64,000 bases of DNA from Microgenomates group bacterium (GTDB lineage: Bacteria > Patescibacteriota > Microgenomatia > UBA8517). The notes under the pieces are model-generated. The model searched no databases. It was not told the DNA's origin and saw nothing but the letters and a program-made list of their open reading frames with translations. Of this stretch, positions 20,672 to 30,913 are shown in pieces; the first letter of the stretch is position 1; the number at the start of each line of letters is the position of its first letter. The translations under genes were made by a program, and so were the position numbers. The stretch lies in the NCBI GenBank assembly GCA_049301455.1, contig JBAQKY010000020.1:10184-74183 (forward strand), in the 5' to 3' direction.

Positions 20672-22411
20672 ATGTTTAAAAAGAAAAATTTCAAAATAAA
20701 ATCGTTAAAATATTTAGGCATTGCTCTAGGTGTCGTATTATTATTTATTGCTTTAATATCAATTCCATTCTTTAACAAAATATACCCCAACATCTATGTT
20801 TCAGGTGTTTATTTAGGCGATAAAACAAAAGAACAAGCAGTTGAAAAGCTAAACGATTTAATATTAGCTGACAACATAAATTTGATAATTAATGATACTA
20901 ATAAAGAAATTAGCACTAACGAAATTGTAAAAGCAATTAATTATCAAAAAAGTGTTGAGAGAGCATACAACTTTACAAATACAGGCAACGTTGTTTTAGA
21001 TTTATACTCCAAAATTAAACTTATAGTATCCCCTGTTAATTTGAGCCTCATAATTGATTTTGATGATGAAAAAATAAAAGAGACACTGCTTATTTTATCC
21101 GCTGCTGAAGGTAACAAACCAACAGTCCCGTCAGTCAAAATAGTAAACGGCCAAGCAATTGTTGATGTTGGTAAAAATGGTATTGATGTTGATATTATTG
21201 AGAATTCAAACAAAATAAAAAACAACTTAGTATTTAACAAAAATGAACCAATAAAAATTTCATTAGTTGAATCAAAAGTTTCATTAACTCCAGAAGAATC
21301 TCAGATTTTTAAGTCTACCGCAGAAAAATTAATAAATAAAAATCTAGAATTAGTTTTTGATTTTGACAAAGTAATGATTACAGATAACGAATTGGTCTCT
21401 TTCTTAAATCCAAGAAGTGGGTTTGATACTGATAAAATAAAAATTAAAATTGCTGATATTTCTCGTAAGATAAACAGAAACCCTCAGGATTCAGTTTTTA
21501 TTGTTGAAAATGGAAATGTTACAGAATTTACACCATCAAAAGATGGTGTCACAGTAAATGAAAATGAGTTGATAAATGAAATTGAAAAATTTTTATCTAA
21601 ACTTATTACAGAATCAGATACTTCTTTCACTTTTAATATACCAACTGTAAAATCCCCTGCAAAAATAAAAAACGAAGATGTTAATGATCTTGGAATAAAA
21701 ACATTGCTTGGTAAAGGGGTGTCACATTTTGCAGGATCAATTCCAAACAGAATTCACAATGTAAATCTAGCTCAATCAAAATTTAAAGGTATTTTAGTTC
21801 CACCAGATGAAATATTTTCATTTAATAATGTTTTGGGTGATGTTTCATCATATACAGGGTACAAGGCAGCATATGTCATTAAAGACGGAAAAACAGTTCT
21901 TGGCGATGGTGGTGGCGTTTGCCAAGTATCAACAACTCTATTTCGAGCAATTCTCTCAGCAGGCCTACCAATTGTTGAGAGAAGACCTCATTCATACAGA
22001 GTAGGATATTATGAACAAGGCTTTGGTCCAGGACTTGATGCAACAGTCTATTATCCAACAACAGACCTTAAATTTAAAAATGACACTGGGGCATATTTGT
22101 TAATCCAACCAACAATAGATAATCCAAATTACACATTAACATTTGAAATTTATGGAACAAATGACGGTAGAATTTCAACAGTTTCAAAACCAGTTATAAC
22201 TTCATCAACCGCCCCAGCAGCTGATTTGTATGTTGATGATCCGACACTTAAAGCAGGTGTTGTTAAACAAATAGAACATAGAGCATACGGAGCAAGAGTT
22301 GTTTTCGATTATAAAGTTGAGAGAAACGGTGAAGTATTAATTGATCAAAAATTTGTTTCTACATATCGTCCTTGGCAAGCTGTTTATCTAAAAGGAACTG
22401 CTACTCAATAA
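20672..22411 (+). CDS. VanW-family protein (cell-wall associated), N-terminal TM
   Basis: GDGGGVCQVSTTLFRAILSAGLPIVERRPHS matches the VanW core signature (GGGVCQxSTTL...AG). Confidence 0.7.
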   Translation: MFKKKNFKIKSLKYLGIALGVVLLFIALISIPFFNKIYPNIYVSGVYLGDKTKEQAVEKLNDLILADNINLIINDTNKEISTNEIVKAINYQKSVERAYNFTNTGNVVLDLYSKIKLIVSPVNLSLIIDFDDEKIKETLLILSAAEGNKPTVPSVKIVNGQAIVDVGKNGIDVDIIENSNKIKNNLVFNKNEPIKISLVESKVSLTPEESQIFKSTAEKLINKNLELVFDFDKVMITDNELVSFLNPRSGFDTDKIKIKIADISRKINRNPQDSVFIVENGNVTEFTPSKDGVTVNENELINEIEKFLSKLITESDTSFTFNIPTVKSPAKIKNEDVNDLGIKTLLGKGVSHFAGSIPNRIHNVNLAQSKFKGILVPPDEIFSFNNVLGDVSSYTGYKAAYVIKDGKTVLGDGGGVCQVSTTLFRAILSAGLPIVERRPHSYRVGYYEQGFGPGLDATVYYPTTDLKFKNDTGAYLLIQPTIDNPNYTLTFEIYGTNDGRISTVSKPVITSSTAPAADLYVDDPTLKAGVVKQIEHRAYGARVVFDYKVERNGEVLIDQKFVSTYRPWQAVYLKGTATQ

Positions 22412-22640
22412 TATATTTATTAATCTCCTCTTCAGTAAAATATACTTTTCTGCCTGTCAAGAAACCAATTAGTTTTACATCGGTTTGGTCAACAGGTTTA
22501 TGTATAACAGAATTATCAACAGGAGATACAAATCTAGCAACAGGTTTTGAAGGGTTTAATAAAGCATCAAGAATTGAAATCCCATCAAAATAATCTATAT
22601 AGTTATTAGACCCAGACTCAACCATAATATATAATAACAT
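22401..22640 (-). CDS. hypothetical small protein (uncertain)
   Basis: 79-aa ORF filling the gap between the VanW and DedA genes, overlapping the VanW stop by 11 nt. No motif. Could be non-coding. Confidence 0.2.
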   Translation of the reverse strand: MLLYIMVESGSNNYIDYFDGISILDALLNPSKPVARFVSPVDNSVIHKPVDQTDVKLIGFLTGRKVYFTEEEINKYIIE

Positions 22641-22641
22641 T

Positions 22642-23277
22642 ATGGATTTACTTCAAGCACTAGATACTCTTGCTCTACTTTTTGAACAATGGGGTTATCC
22701 AATAATATTCTTAGGAAGTTTAATTGAAATCACTCCACTTGGCTGGGCAGTTCCAGGTGGTGCTATTTTGTTAGTTGCTGGTTATTTATCAAATGGAAAT
22801 AGCAACTTACCTCTTATTCCAATTATCATTTGGGGGACATTTGGGACATGGGTTGCATTTATACTTGCATATATTTTAGGCAGTAAAACTGGTATGTGGT
22901 TGGTTAACAAACTGCACCAACAAAACAATGCTGCTTTGGCAAAACGAGTATTAAAAAACAACGGGCCTGCAATTCTTACTACTTCGATGATGGCAAACTT
23001 AACTAGGTTTTGGATTAGTTATATTGCAGGAGTTGAAAAATACAACCTAATTAAGTTTAACTTATATGCCTTTTTTGCTTCCCTAAGTTGGGTATCAATG
23101 ATTGTACTTTTGGGATACTTTGCAGGATATGAAAAAGAAAATTTAAGAAAAATAACAAGCAGTATTGGTGTAGTTGCTTGGGTACTATTAGCCGTTGCCG
23201 TATTTGTAATTTTTAAATCAATCAAAAAAGAGTATAAAAAGTTTAAAGAGGACGAGCCAACAACAGAAAAGATATGA
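22642..23277 (+). CDS. DedA/SNARE-associated (VTT-domain) membrane protein
   Basis: WGYPIIFLGSLIEITPLGWAVPGG...TSMMANLTRF; 4-5 TM helices. Confidence 0.8.
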   Translation: MDLLQALDTLALLFEQWGYPIIFLGSLIEITPLGWAVPGGAILLVAGYLSNGNSNLPLIPIIIWGTFGTWVAFILAYILGSKTGMWLVNKLHQQNNAALAKRVLKNNGPAILTTSMMANLTRFWISYIAGVEKYNLIKFNLYAFFASLSWVSMIVLLGYFAGYEKENLRKITSSIGVVAWVLLAVAVFVIFKSIKKEYKKFKEDEPTTEKI

Positions 23278-24425
23278 AAGACTATACAAAAGACATTACC
23301 CTATTTATACAAAAACTTGTTTCTATCCCTTCTGTTAATGGGGTTAATAATGAAGTAGAAATTGTAAACGCTATAAAAGAAGAGGCAGACAAATTAGGCC
23401 TTCCAAACAAAGTAATTTTTAAAGACCAAAATCACCCAAATATCTTTGTTGGTAATAATTTTGATAAAAAAGAAGGATTACTTCTAATTGCCCATGTCGA
23501 CACCGCAGGAGTTGGAGATGAAACAAAATGGACACACAACCCATTTGGCGGAGAAGTAGAAGACAATAAACTATATGGTAGAGGTTCAATTGATAATAAG
23601 GCAGGAATAGCACTTTCACTTTATACACTAAAAACGTTGCAGGACCAAGGGAAATTAGACCATGCTAAATTTATTGGGGTATCAGATGAAGAATGTGGTG
23701 CTGATTCAGAACTTGGTGCAAGATTTCTATTAGACCAAGGTCTGCAAGCAAAGGCTGCAATATATACATATGCAGGCAACGACACCATAACAATTGGCCA
23801 CAGAGGACAAGTTAAACTTTGGATTAGTGTCACAGGAGAATCTGCACATTCCGGATCAAGCAGTTGGCAGAACGGAACAAGAGGAGCAAGCGCAGTAGAT
23901 GCACTAAACAGCTTCCTTACAGAAGTAAACAAATTTAAAATGGAGGGCTCACATGAAGCTTTTCCAAGTTACACATTTAAACAAACTGTTTTATTTATAG
24001 AAGGCGGAAACAAAACAAGTTTGGTTCCTGATAAAGCCAGATGTTTAATCGATGCAAGACTACTACCTATTCATGACAATTATGAGTATATTAAAAGTAT
24101 TACTAAGTTAGCCAAATTATTTGAAACTGAAAAAATAAAATTTGATATAGAAGTTGACACAAATCTTCCTGCGGTGTTTATAAAAAATGACGAAAAGATT
24201 GTAGCAATACTTAAAGATTTATCAAAAGACGTTTTAAATACAGAACCAGAAATTAGAGGTTGTGGTCCAGCCAATGAAGGCTATATGTTTATCGGTGCAG
24301 GTATTCCTACTATTTGTGGTTTTGGAGTAAACGGTGATGGTATGCACTCAAAAGATGAGTATTTAGATATTAACTCAATTCCTAGAATTCTTAAAATTTA
24401 CGAAAAAGTGGCTCTTACAATATGA
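23274..24425 (+). CDS. M20-family metallopeptidase/deacylase (ArgE/DapE-like)
   Basis: LIAHVDTAGVGDETKWTHNPFGGEV...YGRGSIDNKAG. Overlaps the upstream stop (ATGA). Confidence 0.8.
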   Translation: MKDYTKDITLFIQKLVSIPSVNGVNNEVEIVNAIKEEADKLGLPNKVIFKDQNHPNIFVGNNFDKKEGLLLIAHVDTAGVGDETKWTHNPFGGEVEDNKLYGRGSIDNKAGIALSLYTLKTLQDQGKLDHAKFIGVSDEECGADSELGARFLLDQGLQAKAAIYTYAGNDTITIGHRGQVKLWISVTGESAHSGSSSWQNGTRGASAVDALNSFLTEVNKFKMEGSHEAFPSYTFKQTVLFIEGGNKTSLVPDKARCLIDARLLPIHDNYEYIKSITKLAKLFETEKIKFDIEVDTNLPAVFIKNDEKIVAILKDLSKDVLNTEPEIRGCGPANEGYMFIGAGIPTICGFGVNGDGMHSKDEYLDINSIPRILKIYEKVALTI

Positions 24426-25705
24426 ACGATGAACCCCGCAAATTAAGCAGACGAGATTTATTACTCGGACTAGAAGCGTTAATACTACCCAGTCTAGTAT
24501 CAGCCTGTTTCAAAGTTGAAGTAGACACAAATTCAAGTACTCAACCAGTAATGCTTTATGGTAATTCTGAAAAACCTCTAAACGATGACGACCTTGATAG
24601 TTTAAAAATGATATTTGTCGACCAGATGATACAAGGAGAAAGAAAGTTAGATCCTAATACTACATATACAACTATTTTTTGCAGATCTAGTTTATACAAT
24701 AAATTTCCTAATTACACCGATGGCGAAAGTTATGAACATTTTATAGCGCGTCAATTTGAAGTTATAAATGAAAAATCTAAAAAGATTGGGTTAAACATCG
24801 TATTAAGAGAAGTTGTTATCGTAAACGATGATATTATGACTACCCGATCTCTTGACTCAAGCTATCTAGATGACAACATACCTGGATCTGATGGAATCTA
24901 CCACGACAATCCTGATTATAATCCTAATCTAAGTTCATATTCTTATGTTGACAATAACGGGAAAATAGTAGATATGGGTTGGATCCACGAAGCGGTGTGG
25001 CACGCCACTTTAAGAGGTAATGACTCGTATGCACTTGAATACAACAATGGCCACGACCAAAGATTTCACCCAATTCCATCTGATTTCAAAAGTTTACAAG
25101 ATACTGAAAACCCTTGGACCCACTATTTGATGTTACGAGATCGTCAAGATATCACAAATAAATGCATTAGTGTGATAGGGTATCCACCTTTTGATGATAT
25201 CGGATTTGGTGAGCATGCAGAACTTATGTTAAAAAGAAGGCTTGAAAATGGAACACTTCATGATTTTAAAGATAGCACATTAGATCTTGCTGGATGGAGG
25301 GCTGATCTGCCTAACCACGCTAGCTTAGCATTTACTGATTCAGAAGGTAATTCACTTGGCGACACAAATATAAAAATTTACAGGACAGAAAGAACGGGTG
25401 ATCCGACAAAAGTTTTGGAATTGTATTCACAAAGCCTAAACCCCACACCTATTTATTGTGGAAGCAATAAACTCATCAAACTAAATCAAATGTTCAATAT
25501 TACTAACGGAGTCGTACCCATGTGTGAAGGAACACTGTTAATAGATATAAATGGACAGTACTTCAGATGGATGGATATCCGCGATTTTCAAATTCCGAAA
25601 TGGAAAGGTAAAGAGAATCCTACGCTTAATTTAAAAGTAATATCTCAAAGTAATTCAAAAAATATTCCACCAGAAAGTTTCGATCACAGAATAATTTATG
25701 ATTAA
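24422..25705 (+). CDS. hypothetical secreted lipoprotein with Tat-like twin-arginine signal
   Basis: MNDEPRKLSRRDLLLGLEALILPSLVSAC: an RR motif followed by a lipobox-like VSAC. 427 aa with no recognised catalytic motif. Confidence 0.45.
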   Translation: MNDEPRKLSRRDLLLGLEALILPSLVSACFKVEVDTNSSTQPVMLYGNSEKPLNDDDLDSLKMIFVDQMIQGERKLDPNTTYTTIFCRSSLYNKFPNYTDGESYEHFIARQFEVINEKSKKIGLNIVLREVVIVNDDIMTTRSLDSSYLDDNIPGSDGIYHDNPDYNPNLSSYSYVDNNGKIVDMGWIHEAVWHATLRGNDSYALEYNNGHDQRFHPIPSDFKSLQDTENPWTHYLMLRDRQDITNKCISVIGYPPFDDIGFGEHAELMLKRRLENGTLHDFKDSTLDLAGWRADLPNHASLAFTDSEGNSLGDTNIKIYRTERTGDPTKVLELYSQSLNPTPIYCGSNKLIKLNQMFNITNGVVPMCEGTLLIDINGQYFRWMDIRDFQIPKWKGKENPTLNLKVISQSNSKNIPPESFDHRIIYD

Positions 25706-25825
25706 TATAGCAATATCTCTAGGAAGAAACTCACAGACAGACCGTCGTTCAATACTTAAATTATAGGCACTTATTATTTACAAATCTGGGATAAAAAGTT
25801 TTGTATATGTTAAAATAGCTTCATT

Positions 25826-26875
25826 ATGCAAATAATTCCAGAAAATGACAAGGCAGTAGATAGTGCTGTTAAAGCGTTAGAAAAAGGTCAGCTAGTTTTT
25901 ATGGCCACAGAAACTGTCTATATTGCTGCAGTTGATGCAACAGACGAAACTGCCGTAAAAAAATTAGTATCATTCAAAAATCGCCCATTTGGTAAACCGT
26001 TTTCTGTTGGTGTAACAGACATTGAGATGGCTGAAAAATATGTTGTTTTAAATGAAACTGCTAAAAATTTATACAAAAGATTTCTACCTGGACCTGTAAC
26101 TGTTGTTTCTACTGGAACACACAATGTGGCAAATGGTGTAGAAGCAGAAAATGGAACACTTGGAATTAGAATACCTGACTACAAATTTTTCCAAGAAGTA
26201 TGTAAAAAATTTAAAAAACCAATTACAGCAACAAGTGCTAATGCTAGTTATCAGAGAAGACCATATAAACTTTTAGACATCTTAGATAACATTTCAGAAA
26301 AACAAAAAGCATTAATTGATTTAATGATTGATGCTGGAGAACTCCCACATAATGAACCATCAACAGTTATTGATACCACACTTGATGATGAAGCAGTTAT
26401 TTTGAGACAAGGAGAAATAAAAATAAAAGACAAAAACGAAGTTCTTTCAAGGTCAGAGGAAAACACTCAAAACATAGCCAAAGAGCTTTGGCAAAAATAT
26501 GAAGATTATGCTGGAAAAAGAGCAATTATTTATGCACTTGAAGGACAAATGGGGGCAGGTAAAACACAATTTGTAAAAGGGTTGGCAAAAGCCATGGGAA
26601 TTGATGAAAACGTTACTTCCCCATCATATGATTTACTAAATACGTACGGCCTTCTAACACATATTGATACTTGGAGAATGATTGATCCTAATCAAGAATT
26701 ACAAAGTTTGGACATTAAAAGTTTATTAAAAAATGACTCAGTTATTGCAATTGAATGGGCAGACAGATCTATAGATGAAATTAAGAATTACTCAGATGAT
26801 GCAATCATCATTTGGATAAAAATAGCATATGGCAAATCAGAAAACGACAGAATTATTAACTGGGGCAATATATGA
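25826..26875 (+). CDS. fused t6A biosynthesis protein: N-terminal TsaC/YrdC (threonylcarbamoyl-AMP synthase) plus C-terminal TsaE (P-loop ATPase)
   Basis: N-terminal half: KGQLVFMATETVYIAAVDA...NRPFGKPFSV (YrdC/Sua5). C-terminal half: ALEGQMGAGKTQFVKGLAKAMGI...VTSPSYDLLNTY...IDTWRM (TsaE Walker A plus SPTF/DxYR-like motifs). Confidence 0.8.
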   Translation: MQIIPENDKAVDSAVKALEKGQLVFMATETVYIAAVDATDETAVKKLVSFKNRPFGKPFSVGVTDIEMAEKYVVLNETAKNLYKRFLPGPVTVVSTGTHNVANGVEAENGTLGIRIPDYKFFQEVCKKFKKPITATSANASYQRRPYKLLDILDNISEKQKALIDLMIDAGELPHNEPSTVIDTTLDDEAVILRQGEIKIKDKNEVLSRSEENTQNIAKELWQKYEDYAGKRAIIYALEGQMGAGKTQFVKGLAKAMGIDENVTSPSYDLLNTYGLLTHIDTWRMIDPNQELQSLDIKSLLKNDSVIAIEWADRSIDEIKNYSDDAIIIWIKIAYGKSENDRIINWGNI

Positions 26876-27933
26876 TAATACTTGCAATTGATACATCTTG
26901 TGATGAAACAGCAGTCGCAATTACTCAGAATACCGAGATAGTTTCGAATGTTGTTTGGTCCCAAGCAACCCTCCATTCTAGCTTCGGCGGAGTAATGCCC
27001 AGCCTCGCACAAAGACAGCATGAGGAACGTATAGATTGGGTAGTTGAGAAAGCTATTAAGCAGGCAGGTGTCCCAATCGAAAAAGTTGATGCTATAGCTG
27101 TGACAATTGGCAACGGCTTAGGAATTGCGCTTGGAGTAGGTATAAACAAAGCAAAAGAACTAGCAATTAAATATAAAAAACCACTTATACCTGTTAGTCA
27201 TACTGAGGCCCACCTACTTTCATCATTTTGCGAACCTTTATCAAAAAATTCAGAAGATAAAAGATCAAACATTACCTTCCCTGCCCTCGGATTAGTTCTC
27301 TCTGGAGGCACCACAGTATTAGCTTTAATTAAAAATATTGGTGAATATGAAATATTAGCTGAGACCTCTGATGATGCTTTAGGAGAAGCATTAGATAAAG
27401 GTGCAAGATTATTAGGATTGGGTTACCCAGGCGGTGCAATATTAGAAAAACTTGCAAAGACTGGAGATGCAAAGAAATACAAACTCCCATTACCTTTGCA
27501 AAATGATGTAATTAAAAATAGGTTTAGTTACTCTGGTTTAAAAACAGCCTTTGTTAGATTGTTTGATTCGATCAAGGATCCAAACAAACAAGATGTTGCA
27601 GACCTAGCAGCAAGTTTCCAATCAACTGCTTTTAAGCATATTGAAAAGATTTTAGAGTATCAAATTAATGCACTTGGTCCACAAACCACTACTCATAATT
27701 TGTTGTTTGGTGGTGGTGTTGCAAACAATATAGAAATTAAAAAAAGACTTCGTAAATTATTAAAAAAATACGATATTAAACTTCATGTTCCTTATACAAA
27801 AAAATTAAATGGTGACAATGCAGGGATGATTGGAGTTTGTGCACATTTGAAGAACAAGAACACAGAATTAAAACAATATTTTAACTATGAATCAGTGGAT
27901 AGAAACCCAAGATTAAAACTTTCAACTTCGTGA
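26872..27933 (+). CDS. tsaD: tRNA N6-adenosine threonylcarbamoyltransferase TsaD (Kae1/YgjD family)
   Basis: ILAIDTSCDETAVAI, metal-binding HTEAH, C-terminal GGGVANN. Start overlaps the upstream stop (ATGA). Confidence 0.85.
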   Translation: MIILAIDTSCDETAVAITQNTEIVSNVVWSQATLHSSFGGVMPSLAQRQHEERIDWVVEKAIKQAGVPIEKVDAIAVTIGNGLGIALGVGINKAKELAIKYKKPLIPVSHTEAHLLSSFCEPLSKNSEDKRSNITFPALGLVLSGGTTVLALIKNIGEYEILAETSDDALGEALDKGARLLGLGYPGGAILEKLAKTGDAKKYKLPLPLQNDVIKNRFSYSGLKTAFVRLFDSIKDPNKQDVADLAASFQSTAFKHIEKILEYQINALGPQTTTHNLLFGGGVANNIEIKKRLRKLLKKYDIKLHVPYTKKLNGDNAGMIGVCAHLKNKNTELKQYFNYESVDRNPRLKLSTS

Positions 27934-27946
27934 TACAATATTAGGC

Positions 27947-30022
27947 ATGGACAAAGCATATAGCCACAAAGAACATGAGGACAAAATATATGAAGCATGG
28001 GAGAAATCTGGTGCGTTCAAACCAAACGATTCAAGGAAAACATTTTCCATTACCCTTCCCCCACCAAATGCAAATGCTGCACTTCATTATGGACATGCAA
28101 TGTATACAGTTGAGGATATTTTGATTAGATATCATAGAATGCTTGGAGAATCTGTACTTTGGTTACCAGGTGCTGACCATGCAGGATTTGAAACTCAAGT
28201 AGTTTATGAAAAACATTTAGACAAAGAGGGTAAATCGCGTTTTGATTTTGACAGAGAAACACTATATAAAAACATCTGGGATTTTGTACAAGGAAACAGA
28301 GGAACTATGGAAAACCAATTAAGAAAACTTGGGTTTTCTCTTGATTGGTCAAACTTAAAATTCACACTTGATGATGAAATAGTCAAAACAGTATATAAAA
28401 CTTTTAAAAAGATGCATGACGATGGGTTGATATATCGTGACTCACGACTTGTAAACTATTGTACAAAACATGGCACTGCTTTTTCAGATTTAGAAGTTGA
28501 TCATGTTGAGAAAAAAGATTCTCTTTATTATGTAAGATTTAAAATTAAAGATTCAAAGGATTTTATAACAGTCGCAACAGTCAGACCTGAAACAATCTAT
28601 GGAGATGTGTCAATTGCAGTAAACCCAAAGGATAAAAGGTATAAGAAATTTGTAGGTAAAATTGCAATTAACCCGCTAAACAATAACCAGCTACCAATTA
28701 TTGCAGATAGCTATGTAAAAATGGATTTTGGTACAGGGGCATTAAAAATTACCCCAGCACATGATGAAAATGACTTTGCATTAGCTAAAAAATACAACTT
28801 CCCCCTTATTCAAATCATTGAAACAAACGGAAAACTAAATTCCAAAGCCCTTGAGTGTGAAGGTTTAAAAATTCTTCCAGCAAGAGAAAAAGTGGTTGAG
28901 ATACTAAAGTCTAAAGAGCAATTAGAAAAAATAGAGGATTATAACCACACAGTAGGAACTTGTTATAAATGTGGTAACACACTTGAACCATTACCAATTC
29001 CACAGTGGTATGTAAAAGTAGACAAGTTAGCAAAGCCTGCAATTGACGCTGTTAAAAGCGGAGAGATTAAAATAATTCCAAAAAGGTTTGAAAAAATTTA
29101 CTACCACTGGATGAATAACATCCATGACTGGAACATCAGTCGCCAAGTAGTTTGGGGTATAAGAATACCTGCTTGGAAGAATACTGAGACAGGAGAATGG
29201 ATAGTAACAGAAGGAGAATCACCAAAAGGAAATGAATGGACACAAGATACTGATACCTTTGATACTTGGTTCTCATCAGGCCAGTGGCCATTTGCGACAC
29301 TTGGTTTTCCAAATGGAGAATTATTTAAAAAGTTCTATCCATTAAATGTTATGGAAACAGGCTATGATATTTTATTTTTCTGGGTAGCAAGAATGATAAT
29401 GTTGGGTATCTACGTTACAGGTGAGGTTCCATTCAAAAACGTATATCTTCATGGAATTGTACGTGATTCTAAAGGCGTAAAGATGAGTAAAAGTAAAGGT
29501 AATGTCATTAACCCATTAGAAATATTAGAAAAGTATGGAGCAGATGCTTTACGTATGTCACTTATCAGTGGTGCAGGGGCAGGTAGCGACCAAAACTATT
29601 CAGAGAGCAAAGTCGTAGGTTATAGAAACTTTGCAAATAAGATTTGGAACGCAGTCAGATTTGTAAAGGAATTTGAAAGCACTGAATCAAACAAAACTTA
29701 TGTTAATAGCTATAACAAACATCTTGCTGAGACAATTGCACTTTCAACAAAGAATATTGATAATTACAAACTCAATAACGCTGCAGAAATGTTATACAAG
29801 AGATTCTGGAACAACTTCTGTGACATCCGAATTGAAGATGCAAAAAAAGGAAAGTTGAACAAGGAAGATTTGATGCGAGGAATTATAACTTATTTAAAAC
29901 TTCTCCATCCTTTTGTTCCTTTTGTAACGGAAGCTGTCTGGAAAGAATTAGGAAATGACACTTTACTAATTACAGAGAATTGGCCTAGTATTAGTAATGG
30001 CCAAGAAGAGAAACTTCAGTAA
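27947..30022 (+). CDS. valS: valyl-tRNA synthetase (compact form)
   Basis: HIGH (LHYGHA), KMSKS, and the editing/ValRS-type WNISRQVVWGIRIP. The N-terminus YSHKEHEDKIYEAWEKSGAFKP is ValRS-like. Only 691 aa, short for ValRS. Confidence 0.7.
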   Translation: MDKAYSHKEHEDKIYEAWEKSGAFKPNDSRKTFSITLPPPNANAALHYGHAMYTVEDILIRYHRMLGESVLWLPGADHAGFETQVVYEKHLDKEGKSRFDFDRETLYKNIWDFVQGNRGTMENQLRKLGFSLDWSNLKFTLDDEIVKTVYKTFKKMHDDGLIYRDSRLVNYCTKHGTAFSDLEVDHVEKKDSLYYVRFKIKDSKDFITVATVRPETIYGDVSIAVNPKDKRYKKFVGKIAINPLNNNQLPIIADSYVKMDFGTGALKITPAHDENDFALAKKYNFPLIQIIETNGKLNSKALECEGLKILPAREKVVEILKSKEQLEKIEDYNHTVGTCYKCGNTLEPLPIPQWYVKVDKLAKPAIDAVKSGEIKIIPKRFEKIYYHWMNNIHDWNISRQVVWGIRIPAWKNTETGEWIVTEGESPKGNEWTQDTDTFDTWFSSGQWPFATLGFPNGELFKKFYPLNVMETGYDILFFWVARMIMLGIYVTGEVPFKNVYLHGIVRDSKGVKMSKSKGNVINPLEILEKYGADALRMSLISGAGAGSDQNYSESKVVGYRNFANKIWNAVRFVKEFESTESNKTYVNSYNKHLAETIALSTKNIDNYKLNNAAEMLYKRFWNNFCDIRIEDAKKGKLNKEDLMRGIITYLKLLHPFVPFVTEAVWKELGNDTLLITENWPSISNGQEEKLQ

Positions 30023-30248
30023 CGATTTACAACTTTTGTTGTATATCAATTTAACAATCTTAGTCTTGATGCTAGCTGCATTTAACCTATCTCAAAAAAC
30101 AAAAAAGACTATTCAAGTATTAGGCGCAGAAACAGATAGTTCATATTGGCAGGAATTAGTTATTAAACATCCAACTTATAGAGATGCTTGGGTAGAACTT
30201 GGGAGGATGGATATTGTGGAACAAATTGACCCTAACTATAACTAGTTA

Positions 30249-30893
30249 TTATTCTTTCACTTCTTCTTTAGGAGTTTCACCTTCTGCAGGTTTTGTACCT
30301 TCAGCTGATACTTCACCTTCAACAGGAGCTGGAGCAACTTCTACTACTTCTTCTTTCTGTGGTGGTTCTACTTTAACAACGATTGATTCAAGATCAGTTT
30401 TGATCTCAACATCTTTATTAACTTTAAGATCTTTGACATAGACAACTTGATCAACTTCAGTTAGTAGAGAAGCATCAACCATGATTTTCTCTGGTAAGTC
30501 TGCTGGAAGAGCTTCGACTTCGATTTCGTGTAATTGTTGCACAACGGTTCCAAGATTTTGTTTCTCTGCTGGTGACTCACCTTCAACCTCAACTGGAACT
30601 TTAGCTTCAATCTTTTCCTTTAAGTCAACTTGTCTAAAATCAACATGAAGATACTCGCCTGATATTGGATCAACTTGGGTATTACTAACTAGTACTGGTT
30701 TTCCACCCAAATCAATTATTTGTGTCTCACCTGCTTTTTCAAAAACTTCAGTAAATTCTTTGTTATCAACTAAAATTGCAGATGATTCAATTTTTTTACC
30801 AAAAATATTTGCAGGAATTTTTCCAGCTTTTCTAAGTCTTGAAACTTTTCTACCAAAGATATCTCTTTTTTCTGATTTAAGTGTTATTTTCAT
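30249..30893 (-). CDS. rplY: 50S ribosomal protein L25 / general stress protein Ctc form
   Basis: MKITLKSEKRDIFGRKVSRLRKAGKIPANIFG..., acidic Glu/Val-rich C-terminal tail. Confidence 0.85.
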   Translation of the reverse strand: MKITLKSEKRDIFGRKVSRLRKAGKIPANIFGKKIESSAILVDNKEFTEVFEKAGETQIIDLGGKPVLVSNTQVDPISGEYLHVDFRQVDLKEKIEAKVPVEVEGESPAEKQNLGTVVQQLHEIEVEALPADLPEKIMVDASLLTEVDQVVYVKDLKVNKDVEIKTDLESIVVKVEPPQKEEVVEVAPAPVEGEVSAEGTKPAEGETPKEEVKE

Positions 30894-30913
30894 ATGTTAT
30901 ATGGCTATGTAGC

